From Eledone cirrhosa (lineage: Eukaryota): a stretch of DNA of 64,000 bases. A program made the position numbers and the translations under genes. The notes under the pieces were generated by a model. That model saw only the letters and a list, made by a program, of their open reading frames with translations, was not told where the DNA came from and searched no databases. Shown here piece after piece: positions 56,361 through 64,000 of this stretch; the first letter of the stretch is position 1, and every line of letters begins with the position of its first letter. The DNA is taken from assembly GCA_964016885.1 (NCBI GenBank), contig OZ024743.1, forward strand, positions 298,406,001-298,470,000, in the 5' to 3' direction.

Positions 56361-57475
56361 TTCATCTTGGAACAGATTATAAACTGGACTTGGAACAGAT
56401 TATAATTTCAAATAACAATACTGACTGATACTTATCTTATTGACCCTTAAAGTCAGAATTTGCCGTGATGGAATTTGAACTCAAAATACGAAGGGAAGTA
56501 AATAAATAGCACAAGGCATTTATTTATGATGCTCTACCGGTGAGTATACCAGAAAATGTTGGTTTCTAGTCGACTAAGCATAAAGCTCATATAATTCAAA
56601 TTCAATTCTACATGAGTTTGTTGTTAATTTTAGTTTTTATATAGTTTATCGAGTAAAAAAAACAACAAATTCCTCTTGATTAGGCGAAAAAATATAACAG
56701 TAAATAACATCCCTCGTGAGGATTTGGGTTCTGACAGTGATTCAACCTTACCCCGCTCAGTTTTACTGTGTCATGACAGTTAAGTTAGTTGAACTCGTCC
56801 ATTGCGCTAAATACAGAGCAACGACATTAACATCAAGATATAAGCCACTAGATTTTCAGTTGCTCGTACGTTACCCTATTCTCCCTATATTATTGAGGAT
56901 GAGGAAATTTCATATTGTATTTTTCCAATCACTCTTTTTCTAAAAGCTTTCGCAGTGCGATTTGAGCAAAATCCTGTCCAGTGAAAATTGAAACTGTGTT
57001 GCATCTCCCGAAGTTGCTTTCTCTATAATTTCTTCACCCGCTTCAACTGCTTAATCAGCCGTCAGCCATCAATCAGTCAGCTAGCCAAAATTATGACTGG
57101 TTTAGTCTGTAAATAGATTGTTTTGAGTCTACAAGAAAATATTTATAACATATTCAATTATGAGGTTATCTGTAAGTCATGTCACCCGACCACCTTCATT
57201 GCGTGATTGTCTGCTTGCAACAGCTAGATAGTGATGGCATAGCGTTATTTACGTTTGTGTTAATATAGTATATATATTTATGTGTTTGAGAGAGGTGGCG
57301 AAAGAGAGGGTGGAGGAAGAGAAATGTGTATGTGTGTGTGTGTGAGATTTTTAATGTGTCTTCATATCTTTGTGTAAGAATATGTTTCTGTGCGGTTTCC
57401 TAGAGATTTCCTAGAGCATATGTTTATCTGTAAGTTTTAGTGTATCTTTCTGTGTAAACTGTCTATGCTCATAAT

Positions 57476-57540
<65 letters not shown>

Positions 57541-57754
57541 TTGGTTCTCTGTGCGCTTTTTTCAGTGTTTGTGTGGATGTCCAAGTTTCATTGTAACTCT
57601 AATCATCTATCCGACGTTCTAACGAATACGCCAAATCGCCGCTTTAGATATGGCATACATATATGTTATACTTTGGGAGGGTTATTTTGCCAATGAAAAC
57701 ATGGACCAGTTGAATTTCATTTCAGTTTTTTTATTATTAATTACTCATCAAATA

Positions 57755-58205
57755 ATAGTTTCTATTTTAGCACAAGGTCAACAATTTGAAGAGAAGTGGA
57801 AAATCGATCAAATCGACCCATATTCGTTACTGGTAGTTTTATTTTATAACCCCCGTAAGAATAAAAGGCAAAGCTAACCTCGACGGGATTTGAACTCAGA
57901 ACATAAAGAGCCGTAACTATATGACTCAAAGCATGTTTTCCGACGCTCTACAGATACTGCCAATCCACCACCCTAGTTACTCAAGGGATAGTGGTTTCTG
58001 ATTCAAGCACAAGGTCAACAATTTTTGGGGACGGGAAAGTCATTTAAATTCACCTCAGTGCATTACTGGTAGTTTATTTTATAACTCCTCAAGAATGAAA
58101 GGAAAACTAACTCGGCATGATTTGGACTTATAAGATAAAAGGCAGTAACTATATTTGGCAAAGCATGTTATTTGACGCTCTACTGATACAGCCAACCAAC
58201 TGCCC
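57755..58205 (-). mobile_element. Two tandem diverged SINE family A copies
   Basis: 57755-57972 and 57991-58205 each show tail, body and A box. Confidence 0.8.
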
Positions 58206-58334
58206 TGTTACTCAAATAATAATAAATTGAAGTGAAGCACAACTGACACTCTCAAATTTAAACAATATCTGTTTCAACAGACGATCTCACATCAAAATTT
58301 GTGTGAAACTAATACAAACCGATATATATATATA

Positions 58335-58578
58335 TAATAAATGTAATCTGAGTTTTTCGAATATTAATAATAATATTCGATTCGTTTGCAATTAAGCAAA
58401 CAAGACTCGTTTTTAAAGCCACGTCAGTTGAATGAGCCCCTCATTCTTGCTCTTATGTTGGCATAAGAATGAGGGGCTCATTCTACTGACATCGCTTTAA
58501 AAATGAGGCTTGTTTGCATCATTGCAAACGAATCCAATATTATTATTAATATTCGAAAAACTCAGATTACATTTATTG
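58335..58578. repeat. Fold-back inverted repeat (about 115-bp arms)
   Basis: 58335-58449 is the reverse complement of 58463-58578; short (TA)n on the left. Confidence 0.9.
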
Positions 58579-58756
58579 TATCCAGCCATGTAGAGCGAAA
58601 AATTTATATATATATACATTATAAAGAACTAAGATTCGGTGTTGCATCATATCTCACATTTATTAACATATTACATATGTTTCTCTATCGATCAGCTCGA
58701 GGCAAGATCTATGACAGATCGAACCTGACTCTGCAATTGAAAGTTCCTCAGATAGT

Positions 58757-58817
58757 CTATGTATATTTAGGGTAGTTGTCGAATGTGAATAGACCGATTA
58801 GAGCAATAACGGCCTTG

Positions 58818-58878
<61 letters not shown>

Positions 58879-58941
58879 AAGCAAGACTGTTATTGCTCTA
58901 ATCGGTCTATTCACATTCGACAACTACCCTAAATATACATA
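58757..58941. repeat. Inverted repeat (about 65-bp arms) around a (CA)n loop
   Basis: tatgtatatttagggtagttgtcg.. / ..cgacaactaccctaaatatacata. Confidence 0.9.
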
Positions 58942-60294
58942 CACTTATGCTACACATATATACACTATATACATATGTAGAAGGCACAATGTGTAAAGCA
59001 TGCACTCGGAAAAAAAGCCAAATAAACATTTCATCCAGTGGACATGACAGTTGGATTCCAAACTCGTAAAAATTACATTCGTAAAAACCGAGTCAATCAT
59101 GAACTAAATGTCTATATTAGAGCTAAGACAAAATCTCTACCTCAGACATTATCCATATATACCAACTCTTAACCCGCCCTAAAATGAGTATGGAGAGACG
59201 GACTTTTTCAAGCTGCCACCGTCATATTACGCAATTTCTGAATAAGAATAGACATTAAAAATCTATTATTACCTGCAGCGACTACAATCCCATTATATAA
59301 TAGGCATTGCTCCACCCTCTTACATATATCCTTAACATAAAACCTCAAGCAATTCCCCCGAGATAATGTGATGTCGCGCATAGATAGGCCCAGGTTTCAA
59401 ACAAATATAATATACATACTCGAATGTAAAATATAAGTAAAATTAAATAAAATACTAATCTAATAAAAGAAAAAAGAGCGAAACGACCAAAAACAAAGAA
59501 TACAAGAAGTCTAGTTCTTTTAATAAACCACAAGAATAAGGAAAATACCCCAATTATTAAGAAGCAAGCGACATGAGCGAAATGGATCCACGATGAAAAT
59601 TATATATGTACATATATGAAAAATACATGATATCATTTTTCATTCATATATGCTTTTCATTTTTCATTCACATATGCTTTCATTCATATATACATTTTTC
59701 ATTCATATATGCTTTCCCCTTCGCTGTGACCTGTCTTTTTCTCTTCCCTTACTGCTATCCTCTTTCTCTCGCCCAATTTCTCTCCTTCTCCCTCTTACTT
59801 TCACTCACCCTCTCTTCTAGTCACCCTCTCTTGGCTAGGCTCTTCCTCACACTTTCACTCACTCACTCTCTGCTACTCACCCTCTCTCTCACTTCCTCCA
59901 TCGTCCCACACCGTACGAGATTCTTTCCTCGCTCACATCAGCACGGCCAAGATGTGTCTTTTGCCTTCTCGTCAATATTCACAAGTTCTTATGTTTAAAA
60001 TGAATCATTGACTTGATTTTCTCATTTTTTCCTCTATTTACGTTGTCTCGCCATTCGTGTTTGTTTACCTGTCTCTCTTTCTCCACCCAATTCTTTTTAT
60101 CCCAATAACTTAATTTAGTTATTGTATTGTCCTAGCCTGAGGTATATGGTCGGTAATGCGAATAAATACCTATGATGGCTAGTAGACCACTGATGACGGA
60201 TATTCCTGGCTTCTATTTCTAATTCTTCATTTATTATATATATCATATTTGCAACAACACAGCTCGCCATTTTTCATTCATATATATATATATA

Positions 60295-61385
<1,091 letters not shown>

Positions 61386-61909
61386 AGCCTAAACTAAACG
61401 AGCACAAAGTATACAAGCTAAAATATTCAGCCACGTGATTTTAGAACAGCAATATATATATATATATATATACATAATAACTAGAAATTGATTAACATAT
61501 AAATAAACATGAATAATCACAGGAGATAATTTTTACAAGTGTGTAAGCACACATAGCTAGGTAGGTAACTAAATAAACTTAACCAGAACTTCAAAAATAG
61601 ATACCTTATAATATGATTAATCTTCCCTGTATATATTCCATTAAAGAAATATATTTCACCAATTAATCGAATGGTAAACCATAGAGGCCGGTACTTGGAT
61701 TTTCAACAAGGAAGAAGTCCAGCGATCTATGTTTACACTTCAAGTTCAAATCAGCGACTGGCCAGCAACACGTGCTGTATCTACTAGAAATACACACATC
61801 ATACCAGCTTCGTCACAGTGGCGTGAATAGGGTTATCAACAACTAGAAACAGCAGTCAAATCCTTTCAACAGAGTTAGCTCTACAATTAAGGAGCCGTAT
61901 TTATATATC

Positions 61910-62041
61910 TATATCCAAAATTAAGATAATCAAAATTATGGGTGTCATGCCAGAAAGACATGCGCCATATCACCCGCAAAATATGGCGCATGTCTTTCTG
62001 GCATGACACCCATAATTTTGATTATCTTAATTTTGGATATA
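61910..62041. repeat. Near-perfect inverted repeat (about 60-bp arms) next to (TA)n
   Basis: tatatccaaaatt..gcgccatat / atatggcgc..aattttggatata. Confidence 0.92.
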
Positions 62042-62072
<31 letters not shown>

Positions 62073-62249
62073 CGCTATTAAATTGTAGCTTCTTAAAAAT
62101 AAAGGAAAAGGGTGGGTTTATTGGCGTAATGGTAGTACTCGCCTTCCAAATGAAAGGCTTGGGTTTATACGCGCCGTTATTAAGACTATTTTGTTTCGGC
62201 GAAGCCTCCTAATTTTCTATTTTAATTTTCAAACTTCGCTCGCCGCTTG

Positions 62250-62600
62250 AGGAATTTATTTTAGCTGCTGATGGTAGTGCTGCGTCAGTTGTGGATATAC
62301 AGGCAGCGACTGCATTTGAAGATGCTCTCTTGCGGTGTTACTGTCTTTTCATTCATTAGGTCGCGCTTTTCCTCGGCTGCAAGTTTCAGTTTCTCCTCCC
62401 CTCTCTCCAGCCTCTTGCGTAATACTCGTCCCCAGCGTGAGCAATCATTGAGACCTCTTCCCATCTGTAGACGTCCAGATCTGTTGACTACATATCCTTC
62501 TTGTAGACATCTTTGAAACGAAGATGAGGCTGTCCTTGTGTTCTCGTGCCGGTGACCAGGTCTTTTGGGATTCTCCTGTCTGGCATACGGTGACCTCGAA
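62250..62600 (-). mobile_element. RTE-clade LINE 3' fragment
   Basis: RMPDRRIPKDL..G.R..GQP.LRFKDV.KKDM is typical of the RTE C-terminus. Confidence 0.7.
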
Positions 62601-63256
62601 ATCGTTCGGCGTACTGTGTCACATTGAATCTCCCTGATAAATGAATTAAAGGTACATTTGTCGGCAGAATACTCAGGTCGGTCCGTTCATCGAATAACTG
62701 GAACACTCATCATTGGAATCCAACGGAGATTTATTTAATAATTCGGAAATATATGAGGCAAAAATAAAGATCACCGGTGGGACTTGAACTCTGAATCGCT
62801 TGTCATCTGTCTAAATAGATACTGTTCCATTATAACTTCCTCAACTCTCTATAATTGTTGTCAGTTCCACCACTCTTGAGACAGAACGTTATAAATGGTT
62901 TTCTAAATGAGTTTCACAAACGACACTGTGGCCTCGTTATTTCTGAAAACAAAGTAGCTAATTATTAAAATTACTTTTCGCGTCAATGCCGAGAAAATTC
63001 CGGTAAACCAAAATCGAAGTAATAGTAGCAGCATACAAAATTTCACAGAGAATAGAGAGTAATTAAATTCTTCTTTCGGTCGCTTCTTCTGAAGTCTGCA
63101 GGTTCTGACGTTATTATTTATTTCTATTGCTTATCTAAATTTGGTCGTATTCCTTCTACGTTTTCTGAACTTGTTTGTGTTGTTCTTTGCAGACACCTCG
63201 TTCTTAATTCTCATGTTTTTTTATTATTAATTTACGTTGTTATTGTGGTTTTTGAA

Positions 63257-63264
63257 CCACCACC

Positions 63265-63352
<88 letters not shown>
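63257..63352. repeat. (CAC)n-(TAC)n microsatellite
   Basis: Direct observation. Confidence 0.95.
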
Positions 63353-63504
63353 TTGATGCCCCGTTCTGAATTGAAATGCCACTTTTCATTCTTCTACACT
63401 TGATAAAATAAATACCTGGTAAGTATTTGGGGTAGAACAAATCGATTACAATCGTTGTCCTCAGATGTGTGGCTTCATGCCAAACTTAGAAATCTTATAA
63501 TAAT

Positions 63505-63772
63505 AATGGTTTTCTATTTGGAGACAAGACCAGCAATTTGGCGGAATGGGAAAGTTGATTAAGCTGACCAGAGTATTTCACTGGTACTTTATTTATCGAC
63601 CACGTAATGATGAATGAGAGGTGGCGAATTTGCAGAGTTTTTAGAACGTCAGATGGAATGGTTTGCAGTATTCTTTCCGACACTACTCTCTGAGTTCAAA
63701 TCCCACCATGGTTAACTCTGCCTTTCATCCATTTAGTGTCGATAAAAAAAGTACCAGTTTAGTACTGGGCTC
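63505..63772. mobile_element. Two degenerate SINE family A copies, head-to-head
   Basis: Minus copy 63505-63640; plus copy with GAGTTCAAATCC at about 63692. Confidence 0.65.
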
Positions 63773-64000
63773 GATTCTTCCTCTGTTACTCTTTCTCACT
63801 TCCATTCTCTCATTCTCTCTATTCTTTTCTGGAAGAAATCTTCTGTGTTCAGATCTGGAGAGCAGATGGGCTCTGTCAGGTTTCAAAATGCCCAAGAAAC
63901 ACCGTCTATCAATATTTCGCCCCTACAACTCTATCAGGAGTTACAGGTTTAAAAAGAAGAATGAGAAATGGCAAAGTATATATATATATATATACTCATC

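Noticed and set aside
54400-57700. Host exon in the less repetitive stretch
   Set aside because: Only short ORFs with no recognisable domain; mostly old SINE debris. A small exon cannot be excluded without RNA data
60185-60215. CTGATGAcggatattcc hammerhead start (similar case at 20150)
   Set aside because: GAAA and stem III are missing

Overview
Eukaryotic, AT-rich, repeat-saturated DNA, probably from an octopus-like cephalopod (inferred from the tRNA-SINE families and microsatellite load; not checked by search). I see no host protein-coding gene, rRNA, true tRNA or CRISPR array. The long 'IYIY/CVCV/HTHT' ORFs are microsatellite translations. The window is a nested retrotransposon pile: three R4/Dong-like RLE LINEs (one with an 864-aa uninterrupted RT-CCHC-RLE frame), two head-to-tail near-full-length Tx1/L1-clade LINEs plus a third fragment, RTE-clade fragments (one with a PHD finger inside the RT), Penelope-like elements of two types, many tRNA-derived SINEs and a TTAA piggyBac-type MITE. 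Four observations stand out. (1) Hammerhead-ribozyme motifs occur in Penelope-type termini and in small non-coding fold-back elements in (TA)n, including a retrozyme-like 319-nt tandem unit at about 60.3-61.0 kb. (2) One SINE copy carries a strand-specific T>C (A>G) cluster resembling retro-fixed ADAR hyper-editing. (3) The dominant SINE appears to share its 3' end with the Tx1 LINEs. (4) Element families partition among different microsatellites. Boundaries were read by eye and are approximate to a few tens of bp.
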